Origin: an uncultured archaeon
Lineage (GTDB): Archaea; Aenigmatarchaeota; Aenigmatarchaeia; Aenigmatarchaeales; Aenigmatarchaeaceae
NCBI GenBank assembly: GCA_964654075.1
Contig: CAZZIA010000001.1
Span: 1 to 34,089 of the forward strand
Direction: 5' to 3'
DNA length: 34,089 nucleotides
A program made the position numbers and the translations under genes. Positions 16,836 through 24,844 of this stretch are shown here, one piece after another. Within the stretch, counting starts at the first letter, position 1, and the number at the start of each line of letters is the position of its first letter. The notes under the pieces are model-generated. The model was given only the letters and a program-made list of their open reading frames with translations, was not told where the DNA came from and did not search any database.

Positions 16836-17285
16836 ATGCGCGGACAGATAAAAATTGAATATATTTTTGGAATAGTATTCTTTGCACTTATTATCTTTTA
16901 TTTGGCTGTGCAAATAGGAAACGCTGTAACAGGAGTTGCGTCTGACTCAGCAATGGATAATATGAAAGTGCGAACAAATTCTATATTAAAAATTTTAATT
17001 GAAGATCAAGGAGAACCAAGTAATTGGGAAGACGATGCAGCAAACGCCAAAAGAATTGGTTTGGCCACAAGCCCATATAATCTATCAAAATCAAAGATTG
17101 CAAAATTAAATGAAACGTGTGGCTTAATGGAAAAATTTAACCTTAGTAGTTATAAATTAACAATTTTTAATTCAACAGATCAATTGCTAGCATGTGGTTA
17201 TAGCCCGCCTTTAGTAAGCATTCCGATTATAAAGCCTGTTTTTATTGAAGGCTCGTATGGAAATATAACATTAGAGGTATGGTAA
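16836..17285 (+). CDS. prepilin-like protein (RGQ class III signal)
   Basis: MRG|QIKIEYIFGIVFFALIIFYLAV. Size is 149 aa. Confidence 0.6.
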   Translation: MRGQIKIEYIFGIVFFALIIFYLAVQIGNAVTGVASDSAMDNMKVRTNSILKILIEDQGEPSNWEDDAANAKRIGLATSPYNLSKSKIAKLNETCGLMEKFNLSSYKLTIFNSTDQLLACGYSPPLVSIPIIKPVFIEGSYGNITLEVW

Positions 17286-18871
17286 TGAAAGGGTTTATTC
17301 ACCTAATCGAAGTTGCAATTGCAGGAATGATAATCATTTTGGTAATACCTACATTCTTCACAGCTCAAATTATAAAACATAGCTGGGAAAGAGCAGATCT
17401 GATAGCAACAGCTAATGATATAATCGATTCATTAAAGGCTTCTGGTGATTTAGAAAAGATTTTGAACGAAAGCGAGATTATAAATAAAATAAATGCATTA
17501 AAGCCGCCAAACATAAAATATTCCTTGAAAATAACAGAAGCACCAAAACAAAATATATTAGTTGGGTGTTGTGAATGCACAGATACACAACTCGCACGTG
17601 CAAAAGAGTTTCTAACACCAGTTTATGTAAATAACAGATGGATAAATTTTACAGTTGAAAAAATTAAAATAGATGATATAAAAATTTTAGCAGAATTTAA
17701 TGATTCTACTATTACTAAAGACGTTGTATTTGAAACTGCTGACAATATAGTAGATGCTTGGATAAACGTATCAAAATCGACAAATGTGATAGAAGCTAAA
17801 ATGGATGTAAGTGGTGATCTAAATGTGGATAGTTACCCAAGCGATATAGCTATAGATATTGGTAATAGTGGTGTTAATGACTTTTCATTTACAAGTGAAT
17901 TAAATTTGGGAAATTCCCCAAAACAAACATCAGATTTTTCCTCAAAATTGAATTCAATTTTGCAAACATGTTCTTGCTCAGGATGTTCTCTTTTTGATAA
18001 CTATTGTACAATTCCTATCAATGTAACAAGCCAGACGAAAGGTATTGTTAGATTAAGTAATTTATTCATTAAGCCAAAGGGATATGATAATATTCTTTTC
18101 ATTGATTATACAAATTTTGATGAAAACCAAATAATTCAAAATTATATAAAAACTGGAAAGCCTGTTGTTGCTGTAACTGACATCACAGATGAAACAACTT
18201 TTAATAAAATGAATTACACATTTAATCTATCGGCGGGCTCTCCTGGTAGTACCACACTAAATTTCACAAAATTTGCCCCAGAAGAAAATAAAATTGCGAA
18301 ATATTTTCTAGGCTTTGGGTTTGGTATAAGCACGCCAACAATTGTTGGCACAAAAAAACAAGGCGACTGGTATATTTGGGAGGGACCAAGACAAGTGAAC
18401 ATCACGGCTGATAGGCATGTAGAAGTTGAAAACAAGACAACAGAAGAAGGTATAATAAATGTTATAGAGGGCGGTTCTTTTAATTTAAAGGGACCTGATT
18501 TAAATTTCTATACATTTAAAGTTAAAAAAATATTCGATATGAGTAATGTAACTTTTCAAGCTTTAAACACAAGCTTTGTTTTTAAAGATTTTTCAGATTC
18601 GTTTAAAGTTAGCGGAAACAATGTAATCAGCAATCCTGACAATACGTTCGCGGCAATGACTACTAACGGAACTTCTATATGGATTTCAAATTTTCCGCAA
18701 AGTGATGAATATAAAACTTTGGTCAAAACAGCTATAGCACAACCTGAAGAATGGTATTTAGTTGAGAACGTCCCTGAAAGAAAATTCATTGATGCGAGTA
18801 CATTTGTAAATCTATGCTGTGATATGCCAGAAACTATAGGGTTGGAATTTATGTTGTGGTACATGTACTGA
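17279..18871 (+). CDS. large Cys-rich prepilin-like protein (candidate tip/adhesin subunit)
   Basis: The N-terminus is (MV)MKG|FIHLIEVAIAGMIIILVIP; the start may be the ATG at 17285. The ~500-aa extracellular body carries Cys clusters (VGCCECTD, CSCSGCSLFDNYC, NLCCDMPE) and many N-x-S/T sites. Confidence 0.6.
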   Translation: MVMKGFIHLIEVAIAGMIIILVIPTFFTAQIIKHSWERADLIATANDIIDSLKASGDLEKILNESEIINKINALKPPNIKYSLKITEAPKQNILVGCCECTDTQLARAKEFLTPVYVNNRWINFTVEKIKIDDIKILAEFNDSTITKDVVFETADNIVDAWINVSKSTNVIEAKMDVSGDLNVDSYPSDIAIDIGNSGVNDFSFTSELNLGNSPKQTSDFSSKLNSILQTCSCSGCSLFDNYCTIPINVTSQTKGIVRLSNLFIKPKGYDNILFIDYTNFDENQIIQNYIKTGKPVVAVTDITDETTFNKMNYTFNLSAGSPGSTTLNFTKFAPEENKIAKYFLGFGFGISTPTIVGTKKQGDWYIWEGPRQVNITADRHVEVENKTTEEGIINVIEGGSFNLKGPDLNFYTFKVKKIFDMSNVTFQALNTSFVFKDFSDSFKVSGNNVISNPDNTFAAMTTNGTSIWISNFPQSDEYKTLVKTAIAQPEEWYLVENVPERKFIDASTFVNLCCDMPETIGLEFMLWYMY

Positions 18872-18875
18872 TATT

Positions 18876-19532
18876 ATGGGAGCATTTTGTTTTTTGTGCG
18901 GTAAAAAAACGGAAAACCTTATAGAAGGATATTGTGAAGAATGTTATAATAAGAAATTTTCATTAATAAAACTACCTAAAAGTTTTTCAATAAAAACTTG
19001 CAGCAAATGCGATCTTATTAAAATTGGGAATAAATGGCAAGAATTTGAACCAGAAAATTTTTTTAAAGGGGAAGCGAAAATTTTTGGGAAAATCAAAAAA
19101 TTGGAAATAAAAAAACAAAACAATGTGTTTAAAATTATTTGTAGTGGTTATCTAAAGGGGTCTGAGAAATTAAAAGAAGAGATGCATGAAGTTTATATAA
19201 AGCTTAATAAAATAATTTGCCCTGCTTGCTCAAGGCTGTATGGTGGTTATTATGAAGCTATCCTGCAACTAAGGGGCAAAATTAGCAATAATATTCTTGA
19301 TTTTATATCAAAAAAAAGCAGAAATCTACTTCTAACTGATAAAAAAGCTTTTTATAGAGCCGAGCAAAAGAAAGAAGGTATTAATATATATTTTGGCTCT
19401 AAGGGAGCTGCAAATCACATTGCCTTGGAGTTAAAAAATCGGTTTGGCTGCGAAATTAAGAGATCATTCAAACTCTTCACAAAAAAGGAAGGGAAGGATG
19501 TTTATAGAAATGTGATTTTAATAAGAATTTAA
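18876..19532 (+). CDS. NMD3-family protein (archaeal)
   Basis: 218 aa. It has N-terminal CxxC...CxxC, then CSKC and CPAC zinc knuckles, followed by YGGYYEAILQLRG, as in NMD3 N-terminal domains. Confidence 0.75.
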   Translation: MGAFCFLCGKKTENLIEGYCEECYNKKFSLIKLPKSFSIKTCSKCDLIKIGNKWQEFEPENFFKGEAKIFGKIKKLEIKKQNNVFKIICSGYLKGSEKLKEEMHEVYIKLNKIICPACSRLYGGYYEAILQLRGKISNNILDFISKKSRNLLLTDKKAFYRAEQKKEGINIYFGSKGAANHIALELKNRFGCEIKRSFKLFTKKEGKDVYRNVILIRI

Positions 19533-19549
19533 GTATTTGGTGCAGATAT

Positions 19550-19855
19550 ATGGGTATGGAGCAAGAAGAGATTTTAAGAATAAGAACCCCAAAGCAAGGG
19601 GAGATTTTAGGCTTAGTTATAGAGATGCTTGGTACAGGTAAACTTCGAGTTGAATGTGAAGATGGATTTACAAGAATATGTAGAATACCGGGTAAAATGA
19701 GAAAGAGGGTTTGGGTAAGAAATGGAGATCTTGTTATTGTTGAACCTTGGAAAGTACAGGAAAAGGAAAGAGCAGATATTGTCTGGAGATATACGAAAAC
19801 ACAAGCTAATTGGTTAAAAGAAAAAGGAATCGCTAAAAAACTTACAATTGAATAA
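19550..19855 (+). CDS. eif1a: translation initiation factor aIF-1A
   Basis: 101 aa with an S1/OB core: RIRTPKQGEILGLVIEMLGTGKLRVECEDGFTRICRIPGKMRKRVWVRNGDLVIVEPW. Confidence 0.9.
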   Translation: MGMEQEEILRIRTPKQGEILGLVIEMLGTGKLRVECEDGFTRICRIPGKMRKRVWVRNGDLVIVEPWKVQEKERADIVWRYTKTQANWLKEKGIAKKLTIE

Positions 19856-19934
19856 AAATAATCAATTATATTCTAATTCGGCACAAAAAGAATTTAAATA
19901 TTAAATCTATTTTATAAATAGAACAAATGATTTT

Positions 19935-20411
19935 ATGCAAGAAAGTGTTTTGATCCCCGAAAAAAGGGTGAAAGTTTTAATTAAAATGCTTGCTGAAACA
20001 GAACAGAAGCTTAAAGTCAAAATAAAAATAAAAGCAAACGTAGTGGAGCTTGATGGCGAAGGGATACCGCTTTATAGAGCAAAGATGATAATAAAAGCGG
20101 TTGCAAGAGGATTTGCACCTGAAGATGCACAAAGGCTTTTTGATGAGCAACAGCAACTTGAAATAATTGAACTTACTGATCTTAATCAAAAAAAGGCAGA
20201 AAGGATAAAGAGCAGAATTATAGGAACAGGTGGAAAAGCAAAATATATGATCGAACAGTTTACAGGATGTAAAATAGCAATTTGTGGAAAAACTATTTCA
20301 CTAATAGGCGGGTGGGAACAAAACCAAAATGCAAAACATGCGATAGAAATGTTTAAAAGAGGTGCAAAACATGCATCTGTATATGGCTTCTTAAGAAGTA
20401 TAAAAGAGTGA
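19935..20411 (+). CDS. KH-domain RNA-binding protein (Dim2/Pno1-like)
   Basis: 158 aa with two KH-like modules (GxxG-type IGTGGKAKYMIEQFTGCKIAI). The position downstream of aIF-1A is typical of archaea. Confidence 0.65.
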   Translation: MQESVLIPEKRVKVLIKMLAETEQKLKVKIKIKANVVELDGEGIPLYRAKMIIKAVARGFAPEDAQRLFDEQQQLEIIELTDLNQKKAERIKSRIIGTGGKAKYMIEQFTGCKIAICGKTISLIGGWEQNQNAKHAIEMFKRGAKHASVYGFLRSIKE

Positions 20412-20415
20412 TAAC

Positions 20416-22233
20416 GTGGCTAAATTTAAGACAGCTGAAGAGCTTGGTGCAGAACAAAGAGAGATTTCAGTAGCTGAATTTTTCGAAAAAAATCGCCACT
20501 TGCTTGGGTTTGACAATCCTGCAAAAGCTCTGCTTATAGTTGTCAAAGAATGTGTTGATAATTCACTTGATGCATGCTGTGATGCAGGCATACTTCCAGA
20601 AATTTATGTAGAAATTAAAGAGCCTGCTGAAAATTTTAAATTGCTTTCTGATGGAGAAGAAGTTGGAAAGCTAATAAAGATAGAAGGGGAGTTTGAACTT
20701 ATAATTGAACATGAGATATTAAAACCAACAGAAAAATATGAGAAAAAAAATGGTTTTGTGTATGTCTTTGAGCATAACAAAGCTAAATATAAACTGTATC
20801 AAATTAAAAAAAATGATAAGGAGATGCTAAAGATAATGAGGGGTAGGGCCGAACTTAAACTAGTAAAAATATCTTCTAACCGCTTCTTAATTATAGTTGA
20901 AGATAATGGCCCTGGTATTGTTCCTGAACAGGTTCCTAGAGTTTTTGGCAAATTGCTTTATGGAAGCAAATTCTACAAACTAAGACAAAACAGAGGACAG
21001 CAGGGCATTGGTGTATCAGCTGCATGCCTCTATGCACAGCTAACAACAGGCAAGCCTATTACAATTTTAACAAGAACTGCCCAAAACAAACCTGTTCATG
21101 CCTTTAGGTTAAGAATCGATACAGCAAAAAATGAGCCAATAGTCGTTGAGCATAAAAATCTAAAGAATGGCTTTGGACAACATGGAACACGTATTGAGCT
21201 TGAGATAGAAGGCAAATATATTCAACGCTATCATTCTGTTGAAGAATATCTAAAACAAACTGCCATAACAAACCCGTATGCACATATTGTTTATACAACG
21301 CCAGAAAAGCAGAGAATTGAATTTAAAAGAACAGCAAACGAGCTACCAGTGCAGCCAGCCATAATAAAACCCCACCCGCTTGGAGTTGAGTTGGGGGCAT
21401 TTGAAAGAATGACAAAACTAACTGAAAGCCGTACTTTGGCTGGATTTCTAGCTAATGAATTTTGCAGAATTGGGCAAGGGACAGCGGGGCAGCTTTGCAA
21501 GCTTTCTGGCATAGGACAAAAAACAAGACCCAGCGAACTGGACCATAAACAAATCGATAGGCTTTGGAGAACTATGCAAACATTTAGCTTTACAAAACCT
21601 CCAACTACTTGTTTAAGTCCGATTGGAGAGAAAGAATTTGAAAATGGTTTGAAAAAGGAATATAAGGTTGATTTTGTTGCTGTTGTTAGTAGGCCGCCAT
21701 GTGTTTATCGCGGAATGCCATTTTTAATTGAGGTTGCAATTTGCTATGGGGGTGAACTACCACAGAACGAACCTGCCAATATTATGAGATTTGCGAATCG
21801 CGTTCCACTGCTATATCAGGCAGCCTCATGTGCTATAATGAAATCGCTTCAGCGAATTGAGTGGCGAAACTACGGCCTTGATAGATCGGGTTCGATGCCG
21901 GCTGGCCCGGCAATAATAGCTGTGCATATGGCATCTGTTTGGATTCCTTACACATCTGAAAGTAAAGAGGCGATCGATCCGTACCCAATTATTGTCAAAG
22001 AGATAAAACTCGCGCTACAGGATTGCGCAAGAAAACTTGGCCATTATGTGTCTGGTAGAAAGAGGGTTTATGCAGCACAGCAGAGGCAGTCACTGTTTGA
22101 AAAATATATACCTGAAGTTGCTGAAGCAATTTCAAAACTAGCTGAGACGCCAAAAGAAAGAATAAAGGAAGGGCTAGAAAAAATACTAAAAGAGGGTAAA
22201 ATTGTAGTTGAAACGGATAAAGATAAGGAGTGA
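20416..22233 (+). CDS. top6B: DNA topoisomerase VI subunit B, with an ~80-aa insertion in the GHKL domain
   Basis: GTG start, 605 aa. Motifs ISVAEFFEKNRHLLGFDNP, KECVDNSLDA (N box), VEDNGPGI (G1 box) and LLYGSKF, plus a transducer domain. Confidence 0.92.
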   Translation: MAKFKTAEELGAEQREISVAEFFEKNRHLLGFDNPAKALLIVVKECVDNSLDACCDAGILPEIYVEIKEPAENFKLLSDGEEVGKLIKIEGEFELIIEHEILKPTEKYEKKNGFVYVFEHNKAKYKLYQIKKNDKEMLKIMRGRAELKLVKISSNRFLIIVEDNGPGIVPEQVPRVFGKLLYGSKFYKLRQNRGQQGIGVSAACLYAQLTTGKPITILTRTAQNKPVHAFRLRIDTAKNEPIVVEHKNLKNGFGQHGTRIELEIEGKYIQRYHSVEEYLKQTAITNPYAHIVYTTPEKQRIEFKRTANELPVQPAIIKPHPLGVELGAFERMTKLTESRTLAGFLANEFCRIGQGTAGQLCKLSGIGQKTRPSELDHKQIDRLWRTMQTFSFTKPPTTCLSPIGEKEFENGLKKEYKVDFVAVVSRPPCVYRGMPFLIEVAICYGGELPQNEPANIMRFANRVPLLYQAASCAIMKSLQRIEWRNYGLDRSGSMPAGPAIIAVHMASVWIPYTSESKEAIDPYPIIVKEIKLALQDCARKLGHYVSGRKRVYAAQQRQSLFEKYIPEVAEAISKLAETPKERIKEGLEKILKEGKIVVETDKDKE

Positions 22234-22237
22234 TGAT

Positions 22238-23320
22238 ATGGAAAAATCTGAGGCAAAAGATAAATTAAAAAATGTTGGCAAAAAGCTTGTTCAAGATATT
22301 GAAGCTAAAAAGAATCCTAATTTTGATATTCCTATCCGCACGCTATCAAATATTATGTATGACCAAAGGACAAAGTTTATAACCTTAGGAAACAAAACTG
22401 CAAAAAGGTATTTCTTTAATGTTGCCCATGTCAAACCTTTCCTTCAAACAACTGAGATTGCTGCCACAACAAAGGAACTGCTGGATGTAAGCAAACACCT
22501 AAGCTTGAGAGAAGTTTTTTATAGAATCAAAAGAACACTACCAGGTACTAATATTAATATCGTAGATGAGCAAACAGAATCAAACAAAGCAATCGAAGAT
22601 TTAGAGTTAATAACGCAACTCTCAAGGGAACAACTGCATATTAATGCAAACAAAATGGGTTCTGTTGCTGGAAGGGTTATTATCATAGATAAGGGAGATG
22701 TTGTTAATTGGGCCAAGCTTGGATCTGGTGGTTGGTCAATCCCATCTAATGTTGAGGATATAAAGTTCAAAAAAGTTAATGCAAAATTTGTTATATATGT
22801 GGAAAAAGCTGCTGAATGGGAAAGGTTGCATGAAGATAAAGTATGGGACAAGTTAAATTGTATAATTATGAGTTCCCAAGGCCAAGCAACTAGGGGAATT
22901 CGAAGATTGCTACAGAGATTGCACATAGAGCATAAACTTCCAATTTATGTTTTAGTTGACCTCGATCCATATGGATGGTATATTTATTCTGTTCTAAAAT
23001 TTGGATCAATTAGCCTTGCACATATGTCTGAAAAATTAGCTATTCCTGATGCAAAACTTTTGGGGCTAACTGTTGATGATGTCGGGAAATACGGTCTGAA
23101 AAGACACTTAATAAAATTTGAAGATGTTGATAAAAAAAGAATTAAGCAGATGGCAGATTACGAATGGTTTAAAAATAATAAAGCATGGCAAAGACAATTT
23201 AAAATGATGTGGGAACTTAACGCAAAAGTGGAGCTAGCAGCTCTAACAAGCAAAGGAATTTCATTCATTTCTGATGTATATATACCTGAAAAAATAAAAA
23301 ATAAAGAATGGTTAGATTAA
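22238..23320 (+). CDS. top6A: DNA topoisomerase VI subunit A (Spo11 family)
   Basis: The start is taken at MEKSEAK (ATG 22238), after an AGGAGTGAT SD and just past the top6B stop. The catalytic region is LSLREVFYRIK and the Toprim segment is YVLVDLDPYGWYIY. Confidence 0.92.
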   Translation: MEKSEAKDKLKNVGKKLVQDIEAKKNPNFDIPIRTLSNIMYDQRTKFITLGNKTAKRYFFNVAHVKPFLQTTEIAATTKELLDVSKHLSLREVFYRIKRTLPGTNINIVDEQTESNKAIEDLELITQLSREQLHINANKMGSVAGRVIIIDKGDVVNWAKLGSGGWSIPSNVEDIKFKKVNAKFVIYVEKAAEWERLHEDKVWDKLNCIIMSSQGQATRGIRRLLQRLHIEHKLPIYVLVDLDPYGWYIYSVLKFGSISLAHMSEKLAIPDAKLLGLTVDDVGKYGLKRHLIKFEDVDKKRIKQMADYEWFKNNKAWQRQFKMMWELNAKVELAALTSKGISFISDVYIPEKIKNKEWLD

Positions 23321-23326
23321 AGCAAT

Positions 23327-23563
23327 ATGTCAATTGCTTTGATTGCTGATATACATTCTATCTTGAGGCGTGGAAGCTGTTCTTGATAAAATAGAAAATG
23401 TTAATATTTTATGCGCTGGTGATATTATTGGCTATGGTGAATACTAATAAAAAAAATAATAAATTTAAAACGAGTTAACTATGATATCAAGAAAGTTGCT
23501 AGAAATATAATAAAAGCTGGACTGCCTACATGTTTAGCAGAATGGTTGTATAGTGGAATTTGA
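23327..23563 (+). pseudogene. decayed remnant of a small metallophosphoesterase (MJ0936/YfcE-like) gene
   Basis: MSIALIADIHS matches the D-x-H motif. After a frameshift the sequence continues ..VEAVLDKIENVNILCAGDIIGYGEY*, which contains the GD motif. A short C-terminal piece (..YDIKKVARNIIKAGLPTCLAEWLYSGI*) follows after an internal gap. Confidence 0.5.
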
Positions 23564-23596
23564 AATATGTAATTCGATATAGAAATCTTTAAATAA

Positions 23597-23614
23597 TATA
23601 GACACGTGTCTATA
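23597..23614. promoter_or_regulatory. perfect 18-bp palindrome (operator-like) between the TATA-like box and the start of the wHTH gene
   Basis: TATAGACAC|GTGTCTATA lies immediately downstream of CTTTAAATAATA and 3 nt upstream of ATG 23618. Confidence 0.45.
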
Positions 23615-23617
23615 ATT

Positions 23618-23857
23618 ATGAAACAAGTTAATGAGAAAAAGGTACAAAAGATTTTGAAAGTATTAGCAAGGTCTAAACAAAAATTATGGATTAGAGAAAT
23701 CGCCAGAAGAACAAAATTAAGTCCAGGGATTGTAAGTCATTACATTAATACAGCTTTAAGAGATAAAGTAAAAATATCACATGGTAAATTTGCCTTTCAA
23801 GATATAACTTTTGTAGAGTTGAAAGAGGGACGAAAAAATGAGATATTTAAAATTTAA
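23618..23857 (+). CDS. small winged-helix transcriptional regulator
   Basis: The ORF is about 79 aa from ATG 23618; the GTG at 23606 used by the track lies inside the palindrome. KILKVLARSKQKLWIREIARRTKLSPGIVSHYINTAL is a typical HTH (ArsR/TrmB-like). Confidence 0.6.
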   Translation: MKQVNEKKVQKILKVLARSKQKLWIREIARRTKLSPGIVSHYINTALRDKVKISHGKFAFQDITFVELKEGRKNEIFKI

Positions 23858-23883
23858 ATACATATTAAAGAAAATAAACTCAT

Positions 23884-24018
23884 GCCCGAGTAGCTCAGAG
23901 GAAGAGCGACTGGCTGTTAGCAAAATGGCTGGAACCAGTAGGTCACTTATGGATAAGTTAAGTGCTTTCCATAGATCAAAGGTTCGAAATGTGGACGGAG
24001 ATCCTGTCTCGGGCGCCA
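23884..24018 (+). tRNA. tRNA-Asn(GUU), 3 introns (14 nt at 37/38, coordinates 23920-23933; 33 nt at 50/51, 23947-23979; 13 nt at 59/60, 23989-24001), CCA encoded
   Basis: GCCCGAG TA GCTC-AGAGGAA-GAGC G ACTGG CTGTTA|..|A CCAGT AGGTC AC|..|AGG TTCGAA|..|T CCTGT CTCGGGC G CCA. The G73 discriminator is present. The BHB central helices GGTC/GATC and TTCG/CGGA restore a perfect ACAGG/CCTGT T-stem and a TTCGAAT loop. The spliced length is 75 nt. Confidence 0.85.
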
Positions 24019-24806
24019 TTTTAAATCTTTCTGCTATTAAATTTAGCAGAAATGATTTAAGAAGAAAAATTGTTCTACCAAAATTTATTTCAGAAGATCT
24101 TGCAGAAAACGTAGGTGTTCTTATTGGAGATGGCTCAATTTATATTTCCAATCACGATTACAATATTGTATATAGTGGAAATTTAGTGGAAGATAGATAC
24201 TATTTTGAAAACTATTTAGTTCCATTAAATAAGAGACTTTTCAATATTTTATTTAAAAACATTATTTACCATAATGAGTTTAGGCTTTATATACGATCTA
24301 AAGCCCTTTTAACTTTTTATAGTAAGGCTATAGGACTTCCATTAGGCTTAAAAAGTAATATCACTATCCCAAGAAAAATTTTGAGGTCTAAAAGTTTAAT
24401 TACTCATTGTATAAGAGGGATAATGGATACTGATTTTTCCTTATCATTTAAATCTAGGAAAAAATATCACTCATACCCTGTTATTTCTGCTTATTTTAAA
24501 AGTAAAGCACTTGTAAAACAATTAGAAAATTTATTAAAAAAATTAAACTTTAAAGTTGTATTAAATTACGATTATGAAAGAATTGACAAAAGAATTAAAA
24601 ATGGTAAATTTATATCTCAAGCAATTTATTTGAACGGAAAACAAAACTTAGAATTATGGTGGAATTTAATAGAAAGTCGTAATCCGAGACTTGTTACAAG
24701 ATACTTAATTTGGAAAAAATTTGGCTTTTGCCCTCCCTATACAAATATGCAACAAAGAATAAATATACTAAAAGGTAAGATCAACCCTAAAGAATTTTAT
24801 AAATAA
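23991..24806 (+). CDS. free-standing double-motif LAGLIDADG homing endonuclease-like protein (copy 2); start uncertain and located inside the tRNA-Asn gene
   Basis: Similarity to copy 1 begins at ..LNLSAIKFS (24022 onward). Motifs are LAENVGVLIGDGSIY and HCIRGIMDTDFSL, with a shared C-terminus NP..T.YL.WKKFGFCPP. No ATG/GTG/TTG occurs in frame between the tRNA end and motif 1. The in-frame candidates are GTG 23991, ATG 23949 and ATG 23925, all within tRNA introns. The track ORF extends back to 23838. Confidence 0.75.
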   Translation: MDGDPVSGAILNLSAIKFSRNDLRRKIVLPKFISEDLAENVGVLIGDGSIYISNHDYNIVYSGNLVEDRYYFENYLVPLNKRLFNILFKNIIYHNEFRLYIRSKALLTFYSKAIGLPLGLKSNITIPRKILRSKSLITHCIRGIMDTDFSLSFKSRKKYHSYPVISAYFKSKALVKQLENLLKKLNFKVVLNYDYERIDKRIKNGKFISQAIYLNGKQNLELWWNLIESRNPRLVTRYLIWKKFGFCPPYTNMQQRINILKGKINPKEFYK

Positions 24807-24809
24807 GCA

Positions 24810-24835
24810 TTGAGTCCGACTCCGGGCGCCATTTT
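24810..24835 (+). repeat. orphan tRNA 3'-end fragment / direct repeat of the tRNA-Asn 3' end
   Basis: TTGAGT CCGAC TCCGGGC G CCA TTTT reads as a degenerate T-loop, T-stem 3' strand, acceptor 3' strand, G73 and CCA. CGGGCGCCATTTT (24823-24835) is identical to 24010-24022. Confidence 0.6.
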
Positions 24836-24844
24836 GTGATTTAA

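Noticed and set aside
22208-22237. An upstream ATG at 22208 as the start of top6A.
   Set aside because: It lies inside top6B. ATG 22238 follows an AGGAGTGAT SD and the top6B stop, and gives a typical Top6A N-terminus.
23838-23990. The N-terminal 51 codons of the track ORF 23838..24806.
   Set aside because: This part overlaps the end of the wHTH gene and then the tRNA-Asn gene. Similarity to the paralog begins only at about 24022. It is kept only as a possible leader (see the finding), not as a confident coding region.
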